Assembly (NCBI GenBank): GCA_963668695.2
Contig: CAXXLQ010000004.1
Location: 2,880,001-2,944,000 of the forward strand
DNA: 64,000 nucleotides
Direction of reading: 5' to 3'
Source: Vicinamibacteria bacterium
Lineage (GTDB): Bacteria > Acidobacteriota > Vicinamibacteria > Marinacidobacterales > Marinacidobacteraceae
Shown here: positions 29,870-39,850 of the stretch, in pieces
How the letters are laid out: every line of letters begins with the position of its first letter
How positions within the stretch are numbered: the first letter of the stretch is position 1
Notes under the pieces: model-generated
What the model was told of the DNA's origin: nothing
The model's database searches: none
What the model saw: only the letters and a program-made list of their open reading frames with translations
Program-made: the position numbers and the translations under genes

Positions 29870-31135
29870 TTGACGGTTCTCGGAGGCGGCCGGGTCGCGG
29901 CGATCGTTCTGGCAGTTGCCTCGCTTGCCTGCGGGTCTCCGACCGGCGATCCGCTTGCTCCCGGACACGTTCTACCTGGTCTCGACCGGCTCGTTGCCGA
30001 GGGACCCGGGGACCTGCTCGGCAAACGGGTGGGGCTGATCACGAACCACACCGGCCGCACCATCGACGGAAGGTCTGCGGCCACCGCGCTCTTGGAAGCG
30101 GGGGTCCACGTCGAGGTGCTCTTTGGTCCGGAGCACGGCGTCTCGGGATCGGCCGCCGCCGGCGAGGGGGTCGCATCGGGCCGCGATCCGGAGACCGGTC
30201 TTCCGGTGGTGAGCCTCTACGGTGAGCAGCGGATCCCCAGCGAAGCGTCGCTGGCCGGACTGGATGCGCTCGTTTTCGACATCCAGGACATCGGGGTTCG
30301 CTTCTACACCTACATTTCCACCCTCCGGAACTCGCTGGTCGCCGCTTCCCGGGTGGGTCTCGAATTCTGGGTGCTGGACCGGCCCAACCCGAACGGCGGG
30401 GACCGGGTAGAAGGTCCGATGCTGGAGCCGGAGTTCCAATCCTTTGTGGGGACGGACCGGCTGCCCCTGCTCCACGGGATGACGGTCGGCGAGCTGGCCC
30501 GGCTCTTCGCGGCGCGCGAGGGGGTATCGGTGCAGGTGGTCCCGGTGAAGGAGCTGAGCCGCGCCACCCGCTGGGAGGAAACCGGACTGCCCTGGCGGGC
30601 GCCTTCCCCCAACATCCCAACGCTTGAGAGCGCTCGCGTCTATCCCGGTTTCGGATTGTTCGAGGGAGTGATGCTGTCGGAGGGGCGGGGGACCGCGACC
30701 CCCTTCGAGGTCGTGGGGGCTCCCTGGGTGGATCCGGGGGCCTGGCTCTCGGCGCTAGGGGGGCCGCTGGCGGTTCCGGGAGTCCGGTTTTCCGAGGTGC
30801 GGTTCACGCCCCGGCCGCTTGCCGCCGCTCCCAATCCGCGCTTCGCCGGCGAAGAGGCCGCCGGGCTGCGCGTCGAGATCACCGATCCGGTCGCGTTTCG
30901 ACCGGTGAGGAGCGCTCTGGAGGCGATCCAGGCGGTCCGAAGAACCCATCCGGAGGAGTTCGCGTGGCGGATCAGCGGCGGGCGTTACTGGCTGGATCTC
31001 CTGCTCGGAACGGACCGGATCCGCATCGGGATCGAGCGGGGAGAGCCGGTGGCCAACCTCATGGACGACGCGGACGAGGCGGTGCGCCGCTTCCTGCCGG
31101 AGCGCAGCCGCCATCTCCTGTACTCCGAACGATGA
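29870..31135 (+). CDS. DUF1343/NamZ-type exo-beta-N-acetylmuramidase (lipoprotein-like)
   Basis: RVGLITNHTG, LFGPEHG, FDIQDIGVRFYTY, VLDRPNP, HGMTVGELA, PSPNIPT, SEGRGT. Confidence 0.9.
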   Translation: MTVLGGGRVAAIVLAVASLACGSPTGDPLAPGHVLPGLDRLVAEGPGDLLGKRVGLITNHTGRTIDGRSAATALLEAGVHVEVLFGPEHGVSGSAAAGEGVASGRDPETGLPVVSLYGEQRIPSEASLAGLDALVFDIQDIGVRFYTYISTLRNSLVAASRVGLEFWVLDRPNPNGGDRVEGPMLEPEFQSFVGTDRLPLLHGMTVGELARLFAAREGVSVQVVPVKELSRATRWEETGLPWRAPSPNIPTLESARVYPGFGLFEGVMLSEGRGTATPFEVVGAPWVDPGAWLSALGGPLAVPGVRFSEVRFTPRPLAAAPNPRFAGEEAAGLRVEITDPVAFRPVRSALEAIQAVRRTHPEEFAWRISGGRYWLDLLLGTDRIRIGIERGEPVANLMDDADEAVRRFLPERSRHLLYSER

Positions 31136-32115
31136 ACGAAACAGCTGACGGCCGGTTGCCCCGGGAGGAGGCCGTCCCCGGCGAGATCGCGGCTCCTGGC
31201 ATCGCCCCAGCCGTCCGGCGGCCGCGCCTGCTGGTTCCCGTGGCCCTCTTCCTCGCCACCCTCGCCACCACCCTGTGGGTGGGCGGAGCTATCGGGATTG
31301 CCGCCGAATCGCCGGAACTCTTCAGGGAGGGGGCGGACTCGCGGTCCGGACTCGAATGGACGTTGCTCTGGATTCGTCACGGGATTCCGTATTCGTTCTC
31401 CCTGCTGTTGATCCTTCTCTGCCACGAAATGGGGCACTACCTCACCGCCCGGGCCTACCGGGTGGACGCCAGCCCTCCCTACTTCCTGCCGATGCCGTTC
31501 ACCATGGTGGGAACGCTCGGGGCCTTCATCCGGATCCGGTCTCCCTTTCCCAACCGCCGGGCCCTGCTGGATGTGGGGCTCGCCGGACCGATCGCCGGAT
31601 TCCTGGTCTGTCTCCCCTTTCTGGCAGCGGGGGTCGCCTCCTCGCGCGCGGGCCCCATGATCTCCGGAGGACTGCAGTTCGGCGAGCCGATCGTCTTTCG
31701 GCTGTTTGCCTCGGTATTCGGCCCGGCGGTTCTCGACGGCGAGGTGCTCTATCTGAGCCCGATGGGCCTCGCGGCCTGGTTCGGCCTGCTGGTGACCGCG
31801 ATCAATCTCCTGCCGATGGGCCAACTCGACGGCGGACACGCCCTCTACGCACTGCTGCGCGACCGGGCGGCCCGGTTTTCGAAGACCGTGCACCTGCTCA
31901 TGTTTCCGCTGGCCTTGTGGTCCCCGACGTGGCTCGTTTGGGGGCTCCTGTGTCTTGTCCTCGGCGCTCGGCGGCCGCACCCGCCGACGCTCGACGACGC
32001 GGCGCCGCTGGGACGGAGCCGCCGGCTCCTTGCCGGAGTGGGGCTCGCCACCTTCGTCCTGTGCTTCACTCCGGAGCCGGTCGTCATGGATTGGAGCGAG
32101 CTGTTCGGCTCCTGA
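31132..32115 (+). CDS. site-2 protease (M50 family) membrane metalloprotease
   Basis: HEMGH, AGPIAG, NLLPMGQLDGGH; ATGA overlap with the upstream gene. Confidence 0.92.
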   Translation: MNETADGRLPREEAVPGEIAAPGIAPAVRRPRLLVPVALFLATLATTLWVGGAIGIAAESPELFREGADSRSGLEWTLLWIRHGIPYSFSLLLILLCHEMGHYLTARAYRVDASPPYFLPMPFTMVGTLGAFIRIRSPFPNRRALLDVGLAGPIAGFLVCLPFLAAGVASSRAGPMISGGLQFGEPIVFRLFASVFGPAVLDGEVLYLSPMGLAAWFGLLVTAINLLPMGQLDGGHALYALLRDRAARFSKTVHLLMFPLALWSPTWLVWGLLCLVLGARRPHPPTLDDAAPLGRSRRLLAGVGLATFVLCFTPEPVVMDWSELFGS

Positions 32116-32172
32116 GTGGCGGCGCGCGAAGACTCAGAAAACCGGCGGCGTTCCCCGGACGAAGCGAACGCT

Positions 32173-32201
32173 TTGACAGGGACCCTCCCGGGGTCTACCT
32201 T
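32173..32201 (+). promoter_or_regulatory. sigma70-type promoter upstream of leuA
   Basis: TTGACA (32173-32178), 17-bp spacer, TACCTT (32196-32201). Confidence 0.6.
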
Positions 32202-32255
32202 TGCGATACCGGTATTCCCCGGCGTCCCACCCGGTCGTCGGATTTCCGCCGCATC

Positions 32256-32284
32256 AGGCCGCTCCCACGTGGCGCCGGCCTTTT
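32256..32284 (+). terminator. possible attenuator/terminator hairpin in the leuA leader
   Basis: AGGCCG...CGGCCT stem followed by a short T-run just before the start region. Confidence 0.35.
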
Positions 32285-32301
32285 CTCGGGGACAACCCAA
32301 C

Positions 32302-33507
32302 ATGACATCCACCCCTGCATCGGACCGTGTCTTGATATTCGACACGACGCTCCGGGACGGCGAACAGTCACCGGGCTGCAGCATGGGTCTCGAAGGCAAG
32401 CTTCGGATGGCTCGGCAGCTCGCGCGACTTAGGGTGGACATCCTGGAGGCGGGTTTTCCAGCGGTGTCAGAGGGAGACCACGAAGCGGTGCAGGCGATTG
32501 CGCGGGAGGTCGAAGGGCCCCGCATCGCGGCTCTCGCCCGCTGCGTGCCGGGTGACATCGAGGCGGCCTGGGACGCGCTCCGCGATGCGCCGCGGTCCCG
32601 GCTCCACATTTTCCTCGCGACGAGCGCCCTCCACCGCGAATTCAAGCTCCGGATGGCGAAGCGCGAGATCGTGCGCCGTACCGCCGAGTCGGTCGCGGCC
32701 GCGCGGGAACTCACCGAGGATGTGGAGTTCTCCCCGGAGGACGGCTCGCGCACCGAACCGGATTTCCTGGCCGAAGTGGTAGAGACGGCGATCGAGGCCG
32801 GCGCTTCGACGGTCAACATCCCGGACACGGTCGGCTACACGATGCCCGCCGAGTTCAGTGCCCTGATCGGTCACCTGCGCCGGACGGTCCCGAATATCGG
32901 CAAAGCGGTTATCAGTGTGCACTGCCACAACGACCTCGGGATGGCGGTCGCGAACAGTCTCGCGGCGGTCGGCACCGGCGCCCGCCAGGTCGAGTGCACG
33001 GTGAACGGTATCGGGGAGCGGGCGGGGAACGCCTCCCTGGAGGAAGTGGTGATGAGCCTCCGCACCCGGCGCGACCTCTTCACCGTCACCACCGGGATTG
33101 ACACCCGCGAGATCTTCCCGTCCAGCCGGTTGCTCTCCGAGATCACCGGAATGGTGGTGCAGCGGAACAAGGCCATCGTGGGGCAAAACGCATTCGCCCA
33201 CGAGGCAGGTATCCATCAGCACGGAGTGCTGCGGAATCGCGCCACCTACGAAATCATGCATCCGCACGACGTGGGGGTGGCCGGCAACGTCCTGGTTCTC
33301 GGTAAACACAGCGGCCGGCATGCCCTCCGGGCGCGGCTGGGCGAGCTCGGCTTCGCGCCGCAGGACAGCGAGCTGGACGCGATCTTCCGCGATTTCAAGC
33401 GGCTTGCGGACCGAATCCGGGAAGTTGACGACGCGGATCTCACGGCCCTCATGGGGCAGCGAGCGGTGGGAAGATCGGACCGATCGGCAGCCTCTCGGCC
33501 AAACTGA
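32302..33507 (+). CDS. leuA: 2-isopropylmalate synthase, short form lacking the C-terminal regulatory domain
   Basis: [59 protein letters not shown]; 401 aa. Confidence 0.93.
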   Translation: MTSTPASDRVLIFDTTLRDGEQSPGCSMGLEGKLRMARQLARLRVDILEAGFPAVSEGDHEAVQAIAREVEGPRIAALARCVPGDIEAAWDALRDAPRSRLHIFLATSALHREFKLRMAKREIVRRTAESVAAARELTEDVEFSPEDGSRTEPDFLAEVVETAIEAGASTVNIPDTVGYTMPAEFSALIGHLRRTVPNIGKAVISVHCHNDLGMAVANSLAAVGTGARQVECTVNGIGERAGNASLEEVVMSLRTRRDLFTVTTGIDTREIFPSSRLLSEITGMVVQRNKAIVGQNAFAHEAGIHQHGVLRNRATYEIMHPHDVGVAGNVLVLGKHSGRHALRARLGELGFAPQDSELDAIFRDFKRLADRIREVDDADLTALMGQRAVGRSDRSAASRPN

Positions 33508-33583
33508 AACGGGACCTGAAGCCGCCCGCACGGGCAGGAAACGCCTCCCCCGGACGGCCGGAGTCGGTTAGGCTCCCCGCCGC

Positions 33584-34123
33584 TTGTCCGTCAAGACCGC
33601 GGGGCTCCGCGCCACCCTCGAAAAACGTCCGCTGAAAGTACTGTCACGACTCGCTCAACTGGAAGATCCAGGCGAGTTGCCGGCGGTGCTTGGCCCGCTG
33701 GTAGCGAAGCGCCATCCCTTCGCCGCCTACCGGAAGGCCGCCCGCGAACTCGTCGCCGAGCGGGCGGAGGCGCGTGCGCGCCGACTGGGCGAGCCGCAGC
33801 TCTCGGAAACCGAGCAGGCGGCGCTCCGCGGCGCCGGGAGCCGGCTTCTTGGCCTGTCGAGCGGCGCTTCGCCACTTGCCGGCTTCTCCGACGAAGCGCT
33901 CGAAGCGGTGCGCCAGGAGCGTGATCCGGGCCGGGTCGCCGAGCGTCTCGGGGAACTGGATCCGGAGGGCGCCTGGGACCAGGTGCCGCGCATGGGGCTT
34001 CTGAACGGATTGGTCCTGGTGGCGGTATCCTCGGAGCAGGAGCGGCGCTGGCGGCTGAAAGAGGTGGAGAACCGGTCGCGCGTCCGCCGCAATCGCGACA
34101 CCGACGGAGGCGCCGGTCGATGA
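33584..34123 (+). CDS. hypothetical protein between leuA and leuC
   Basis: ATGA overlap with leuC; TAGGCT lies 9 nt before the TTG; no recognised motif. Confidence 0.55.
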   Translation: MSVKTAGLRATLEKRPLKVLSRLAQLEDPGELPAVLGPLVAKRHPFAAYRKAARELVAERAEARARRLGEPQLSETEQAALRGAGSRLLGLSSGASPLAGFSDEALEAVRQERDPGRVAERLGELDPEGAWDQVPRMGLLNGLVLVAVSSEQERRWRLKEVENRSRVRRNRDTDGGAGR

Positions 34124-35520
34124 CGAGCCCGCGAACCCTCTTCGACAAGATCTGGGGCACCCACGAGGTCACTCCCGCCGGTCCCGATCATCCGGCGGTG
34201 ATCTACGTGGATACCCATCTGATCCACGAGGTGACGTCGCCGCAGGCGTTCTCCCTGCTCCGGGATCGAGGGCTCGCGGTCCGGCGGCCGGGTCGAACCT
34301 GGGCCACGGTGGATCACTCGATTCCGACCCGTTTCATCGCCGGGGAACCGGCGTTTCTGAATCAGGCCACCCGAAACCAGGTCGCGACGCTCGAGCAGAA
34401 CTGCGAGGAGCACGGGATTCCGCTGTTCCGAATGGGGGATCCGGGTCAGGGAATCGTCCATGTCATCGGCCCCGAACTCGGACTCACGCAGCCGGGACGG
34501 ACGATCGTGTGCGGGGACAGCCACACGAGCACCCACGGCGCCTTCGGCGCCTGGGCCTTCGGCATCGGGACCACCGAGGTGGCGCAGGTTCTCGCCACCC
34601 AGTGCCTGCTGCAGGAGCGTCCCCGCACCCTGGGAATCGAGATTTCCGGCCGGCTCGCCGCCGGCGTCTCGGCCAAGGACCTGATCCTGGGTCTGATCCG
34701 GCGGTTCGGAGTCGCTGCCGGGAGTGGGCACGTGATCGAGTACCGCGGCGCGGCGATCCGGGCGCTCGACATGGAAGGGCGCATGACCGTCTGCAACATG
34801 TCCATCGAGGCGGGCGCGCGCGCCGGCCTGATCGCCCCCGACGAGACCACCTTCGACTACCTCGAGGGGAAGGAGCATGTTCCGGACGGCGAGGCGTTTC
34901 GGGATCTGGTGGCTGACTGGCGGCGGCTGCCGACCGACGACGAGGCCGAGTTCGACCGTTCGCTCTCCTTCGACGCCGGCGCGCTCGAGCCCATGATCAC
35001 CTGGGGTACGAACCCGGGGATGTCCTGCGGGGTCTCCGAAGCCATCCCCGAACCCGAAAGTGCCGAGGAGCGGGCGGCGCTCGAGTACATGGGTATCGAG
35101 GCCGGGCGTCCGCTGCTCGGCCGCCCGGCGGACGTGGTTTTCATCGGCAGTTGTACGAACGCCCGGATCTCCGACCTGCGCGCCGCCGCCCGGGTGCTCA
35201 GCGGTCGTCGCACCAACCCGGCGACTCGGGTCCTGGTCGTCCCCGGTTCCGCCAAGGTGCGGCGCCAGGCGGAGGCGGAAGGACTCGACGAGGTGTTTCG
35301 CAGCGCCGGGGCAGAATGGCGGGCGCCGGGCTGCTCCATGTGCATTGCCATGAACGGGGACCTGCTGTCGCCGCACGAACTCGCGGTCTCCACCTCGAAC
35401 CGCAATTTCGAGGGTCGGCAGGGGCCCGGGGGACGGACGGTCCTCGCGTCGCCGGTGACTGCGGCGGCTTCGGCGCTTGCCGGAGCGGTTGCCGACCCGA
35501 GACCTTTCCTCACCCGCTGA
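34120..35520 (+). CDS. leuC: 3-isopropylmalate dehydratase large subunit
   Basis: [50 protein letters not shown]. Confidence 0.97.
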   Translation: MTSPRTLFDKIWGTHEVTPAGPDHPAVIYVDTHLIHEVTSPQAFSLLRDRGLAVRRPGRTWATVDHSIPTRFIAGEPAFLNQATRNQVATLEQNCEEHGIPLFRMGDPGQGIVHVIGPELGLTQPGRTIVCGDSHTSTHGAFGAWAFGIGTTEVAQVLATQCLLQERPRTLGIEISGRLAAGVSAKDLILGLIRRFGVAAGSGHVIEYRGAAIRALDMEGRMTVCNMSIEAGARAGLIAPDETTFDYLEGKEHVPDGEAFRDLVADWRRLPTDDEAEFDRSLSFDAGALEPMITWGTNPGMSCGVSEAIPEPESAEERAALEYMGIEAGRPLLGRPADVVFIGSCTNARISDLRAAARVLSGRRTNPATRVLVVPGSAKVRRQAEAEGLDEVFRSAGAEWRAPGCSMCIAMNGDLLSPHELAVSTSNRNFEGRQGPGGRTVLASPVTAAASALAGAVADPRPFLTR

Positions 35521-35540
35521 AGAGGAAGAGAGGAATCGGC

Positions 35541-36155
35541 ATGGACCCAGTCGTTCGAATCGCTTCGCGCACCGTGTTGCTCGACGCCGACAACGTGGAT
35601 ACCGATCAGATCATTCCCGCCCGCTTCCTGACCGTGATCTGCCGGGACGGGCTCGGGCCGGGACTGTTCGCCGACTGGCGGCGCGACGCCGGAGGCGCGT
35701 TGCGCCAGGATTTTCCCCTCAACCGTCCCGAGGCTGAAGGTGCCCGCATCCTGGTCGCGGGGGCCAACTTCGGGTGCGGTTCGTCGCGCGAACACGCGCC
35801 CTGGGCGCTCACCGACCACGGATTCGCCGCCGTGGTGAGTCCCTCGATCGCGGACATCTTCAAGGGGAATGCGGTCCGGAACGGGCTCGTGCCGGCGGAA
35901 ATAGGACCGGCGGCGCACGCGGCGCTGGTGGCTCAGCTCCGGGCCGATCCGGGGGCGGACCTCGTGATTGACGTGGCGGCGGGAACCGTGACCCTTCCGG
36001 ACGGTGGAACGGCCGGCTTCCGGCTGTCTCCGTTCGCGCGCCGGTGCCTTTTGACCGGGTTGGGGCCTCTGGACTTCCTGCTCGAACAAGAGCCCGCGAT
36101 CGGGCGCTACGAGGAAGGCACCGAACACCCCGGCGCGCCGGGCCCATCCCGTTGA
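35541..36155 (+). CDS. leuD: 3-isopropylmalate dehydratase small subunit
   Basis: NVDTDQIIPARFL, NFGCGSSREHAPWAL, ADIFKGNA. Confidence 0.96.
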   Translation: MDPVVRIASRTVLLDADNVDTDQIIPARFLTVICRDGLGPGLFADWRRDAGGALRQDFPLNRPEAEGARILVAGANFGCGSSREHAPWALTDHGFAAVVSPSIADIFKGNAVRNGLVPAEIGPAAHAALVAQLRADPGADLVIDVAAGTVTLPDGGTAGFRLSPFARRCLLTGLGPLDFLLEQEPAIGRYEEGTEHPGAPGPSR

Positions 36156-36721
36156 GCGGCCTGCGACGCTGTGGCTGGGCCGAGGGCACGTTCCCTGCGT
36201 ACGTGCGTTACCACGACGAGGAATGGGGCCTGCCGGTGCGCGAGGACCGCACGCAGTTCGAGTTCCTCGTCCTCGAGTCCGCCCAGGCCGGCCTGAGCTG
36301 GGCCACGATCCTGAAACGCCGCGAGGGCTACCGGAAAGCGTTTGCCGGCTTCGATCCGGACCGGGTTTCCCGTTTCCGGAGGCCGCGCATCGAGGGACTC
36401 GTCCAGAACCCGGCAATCATCCGCAACCGCGCGAAGGTCGAGGCCGCGGTGAACAACGCCAAGCGTTTTCTGGAAGTGCAGCAGGAGTTCGGCAGCTTCA
36501 GCACCTACATCTGGGGTTTCGTCGGGGGTTCTCCCCAGGTCAGCCGCTGGGAGCGGGACGATGAGGTGCCAACGACCTCGGGCGAATCCACGGCTCTCGC
36601 GAAAGACATGAAGGTGCGCGGGTTCCGGTACGTTGGGAGCACGATCCTCTACGCTCACATGCAGGCCACCGGACTCGTGAACGACCACCTGGTCTCGTGT
36701 TTTCGGCACCGGGAGGTTTAG
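36152..36721 (+). CDS. tag: DNA-3-methyladenine glycosylase I
   Basis: RCGW...YHDEEWG, ESAQAGLSW, IIRNRAK, MQATGLVNDHLVSC; TTGA overlap with leuD. Confidence 0.93.
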   Translation: MSGLRRCGWAEGTFPAYVRYHDEEWGLPVREDRTQFEFLVLESAQAGLSWATILKRREGYRKAFAGFDPDRVSRFRRPRIEGLVQNPAIIRNRAKVEAAVNNAKRFLEVQQEFGSFSTYIWGFVGGSPQVSRWERDDEVPTTSGESTALAKDMKVRGFRYVGSTILYAHMQATGLVNDHLVSCFRHREV

Positions 36722-37007
36722 CAGCCGGTGGTGAAACCCAGGCGGCGTTCGGCCAGCGATCCATCCCGGCCAAACAGCCGGTAATGAAACCCGCGCGGCG
36801 TTCGGCGGCGATCCATCCCGGCCAAACAGCCTGTAGTGAAACCCGCGCGGCGTTCGGCGGCGATCCATCCCGGCTGAACCGCGTCGCTGCGCGCCGCTCG
36901 TCGTTGCGTTTCGGTCGAAATACACTCGGTATTCCTCGCTCACGCGCCTTGTCAGCCGGGCGCCTCGCCACTCTCGGCGCTCACGCCACTTTGCCCACAG
37001 GCTGCTA
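36719..37007 (+). mobile_element. MITE with three short ~55-bp left modules plus core; left TAG is the tag stop codon
   Basis: TAGCAGCCGGTGGTGAAA ... CCACAGGCTGCTA. Confidence 0.88.
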
Positions 37008-37130
37008 GGGGCGCCGGTTCTCAGACCGGCATCGCCCCGCCAGGCGGGACGATGCCGGCTAGGGCCGGTCTGCGTGAGTGTGGTTCCCGGGAATGAGAGC
37101 GGTAGGCTTCCGAGCGTGCGAATGCAGCGC

Positions 37131-38297
37131 ATGCCTTCGGAAAAATGGTTTCTTCCGGGGTTCGGACTTCTCGCGGCCGCGGTCCTGTTGACCCTTTCCT
37201 GCGGGGGCGGGGAGAACGGCGGTACGCCGGTTGCTCCCACAACGCCGCGGCCCCCGCCGCGTCAGCTCACCGGCCTTGAAGTCTTCGTCGAACGGACACA
37301 AATCCGGGTGGGGCAGGCGGTTGGACCGCTGGTGGCATACGGACAATACGACGACGGCACCACCGGGAGCGTGAACGCCACCTGGACCTCCTCCGATCCG
37401 GCGGTGGCCGAGGTGGCCGAAGACGGGATCGTGACCGGAGTGAGCGCGGGAGTTGTTGAAATCAACGCCACCTTCGAGAGTTTCACCGAGACGGTCGACT
37501 TCGAGGTGGACGGGCCCAACCCCCGGAATACCCGGGATCAACCGGATGACACCTCCGGTCCGCAGATCCATGTGGTGTACGCCTTGCCGAGCGATGTCGA
37601 GGATGGCAACCTCGACCGCTACGGGGATATCGCGAGGTCCTTTGCAGCGATCCAGAACTGGTTGAGCGAAGACATCGGGTACCGCTTGTTGCTTGACACC
37701 TACGGCGGTGATCTTGACGTGACCTTCCTCCGTCTCCCGTTCACCCATCAGGAGGGAGATGGACGAAGCGGGAGCTTGGTGTTCGATCTCGAACAGGCGA
37801 TCAGGGACAGTATCGGGATCGCTCCGAACAAGATTTACGCGGTGTACTACGGGGGGCGGTCCGCGGGAGTCTGCGGAAGCGCCAACCTCGGAGGCCCCGT
37901 GGGAGCCGTCTATGTGCACCGCGACGGATGCAGCAACAGCTCCCCGGGGATGGATCCGGAGGTGGCTTCCACCTACGAGGGGGTGATGGTGCACGAATTG
38001 CTGCACGTCTACGGCGCGGTCGCCCCCTGCGCACCCCACCAGGGAGGTGGGGCCCACGTGCAAGACGATCCCGCGGACGTGATGTACGCGGGAACCGAAA
38101 GGGAGCCTCGCGCTGAGGCGGTAGTCGACGTCGGACGCGACGACTATTTCGGGCACGGCCGGGCGGACTGCCTCGACACGGCGAACAGCCGCTTCTGGGA
38201 GCGGGTGGAATCCCGGCGGGCCTGGTCGCCTGGCAGAAGAAGCTCGCACGTCGATATTCCGGTCGCCGACTGGCCCCTCCGCTGCGAACTGCACTGA
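37131..38297 (+). CDS. lipoprotein with Ig-like (Big_2) domain and HExxH zinc-metallopeptidase-like domain
   Basis: LLTLSC lipobox; ATWTSSDPAVAEV..DGIVTGVSAG (Big_2); HELLHVYG...H...DVMY. Confidence 0.75.
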   Translation: MPSEKWFLPGFGLLAAAVLLTLSCGGGENGGTPVAPTTPRPPPRQLTGLEVFVERTQIRVGQAVGPLVAYGQYDDGTTGSVNATWTSSDPAVAEVAEDGIVTGVSAGVVEINATFESFTETVDFEVDGPNPRNTRDQPDDTSGPQIHVVYALPSDVEDGNLDRYGDIARSFAAIQNWLSEDIGYRLLLDTYGGDLDVTFLRLPFTHQEGDGRSGSLVFDLEQAIRDSIGIAPNKIYAVYYGGRSAGVCGSANLGGPVGAVYVHRDGCSNSSPGMDPEVASTYEGVMVHELLHVYGAVAPCAPHQGGGAHVQDDPADVMYAGTEREPRAEAVVDVGRDDYFGHGRADCLDTANSRFWERVESRRAWSPGRRSSHVDIPVADWPLRCELH

Positions 38298-38347
38298 CCG
38301 GGGCGCGTCGGTCGCGCTGCCAGCCCGCCGGCGCTTCGGTTTCGGTC

Positions 38348-39465
38348 ATGCCCCGGACTGCGCTCATCGTCGGCGCGGGGATCGGAGGCCTTTCGGCAGC
38401 CATCGCGCTCCGGCAGGCGGGTTGGAATGTCCGGATCCACGAACGGGCAGCGTCGAAGCGGGAACTCGGATTCGGACTCCTCCTGGCTCCGAACGCGATG
38501 GCGGCTCTCGGGCGCCTCGGCGTCGCCGGTGCGGTACTCGAGCAGGGATTCGCTCCGACCCTTGGCGAGGTGCGGCGGATGGACGGGACGCTTCTGAAGC
38601 GAACCGAATTTCCGTCCCCGGAAGTGCTTGGTGGGCCGACAGTGGTGGCGCTACGCCCCGCTCTCTTCGATGTCTTGCTCGATGCGGTTCCGGGTGACGT
38701 GCTCCAGCTCGGGAGTGAGGTCACCGAGTTTCGGGAGACAGCAGGCCGGGTGGTTCTTCGGACAGCCGGGGGCGACGATGAAGGAGACTTGCTCGTGGGC
38801 GCGGACGGCGTCGGATCCGTCGTTCGTCGCCTGCTCCATCCGGCGCAGCCGCCGCCCCAATCGAGCGGCATCATCGCCGTCCGGGGGATTGCGTGGGATG
38901 CAATCGGCCGTCTTGGACCGCTGTCCGGCATCTCCTACCTCGGCCCGGGCGTCGAATCGTTCCTGGCCCGAGCAAGTGACACCCGGATCTACTGGGCGCT
39001 TTCCCTGGCGCGGGAACTGGTTCCGGAGAAACCCGGGATCCCGCCGAAATACTGGCGCTGATGTCTCCCCGATTCGATGCGGACTTTCGCGCCGTGACGT
39101 CCGCAACCGAAGAAATGCGCTGTGACGAACTGGTGGACCGCGAGCCGCTCCCGTTCTGGGGAGAAGGCGCCGTCACGCTGCTCGGCGATGCGGCGCATCC
39201 ACTACTGCCACACACTGGCCAGGGTGCCGCCCAAGCGATCGTCGACGCTGTCTCCCTGGCGCGCGCACTGGGTTGGGACGCAAGACTCGAGGACGCCCTG
39301 AGGTCCTACGAACGGGAGCGGCGAAAGAGGACCGGGGTTCGCGTGGGCCAGGGGCGCCGGACGGCGCGCCTCATGCGGGCGACGAATCCGCTCCTCTGCC
39401 GGATCCGGGAAGAAACGGTGCGGCGGATACCTGCGACCCTGCTGGTGAAGTTGTTTGCGAGGCTT
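38348..39465 (+). pseudogene. FAD-dependent monooxygenase; frameshift at ~39030; 3' end runs into a MITE
   Basis: IVGAGIGGL and LVGADGVGS in the first frame; LLGDAAHP..GQGAAQAIVDA in the next frame. Confidence 0.8.
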
Positions 39466-39736
39466 GACAGCCGGTGGTGGGACCCACGCGACGTTCGGCC
39501 GGCGATCCATCCCGGCGAAACAGCCTGTAATGGAACCCGCGCGGCGTTCGGCCGGCGATCCATCCCGGCTGAACCGCGTCGCTACGCGCCGCGCATCGTT
39601 GCGTTTCGGTCGAAATACACTCGGTATTCCTCCCTCACGCGCCTTGTCAGCCGGGCCCCCACCGGGAGAACTGGCCCCACCGGGAGAACTGGGCCTCGCC
39701 GGCCTCGGCGCTCGCGCGGGTCCCACCACCGGCTGT
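39465..39736 (+). mobile_element. main-family MITE copy with imperfect ends
   Basis: GACAGCCGGTGG ... CCACCGGCTGT; same core as the other copies. Confidence 0.82.
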
Positions 39737-39850
39737 GGACCGGCGAGCCGGAACCGATTCCTCGGCCCAGTGACGCGCTCTTCGCTTCGAGTTTTCCACA
39801 GAGCCTGCCCTCGGCGGGAATTTCGCAGTCCCTCTTCCGTCTGAGGGAGT

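Noticed and set aside
39020-39040. Programmed frameshift in the monooxygenase (and in the ABC ATPase at ~56025)
   Set aside because: No clear slippery heptamer with a downstream structure; simple mutation or assembly indel is more parsimonious
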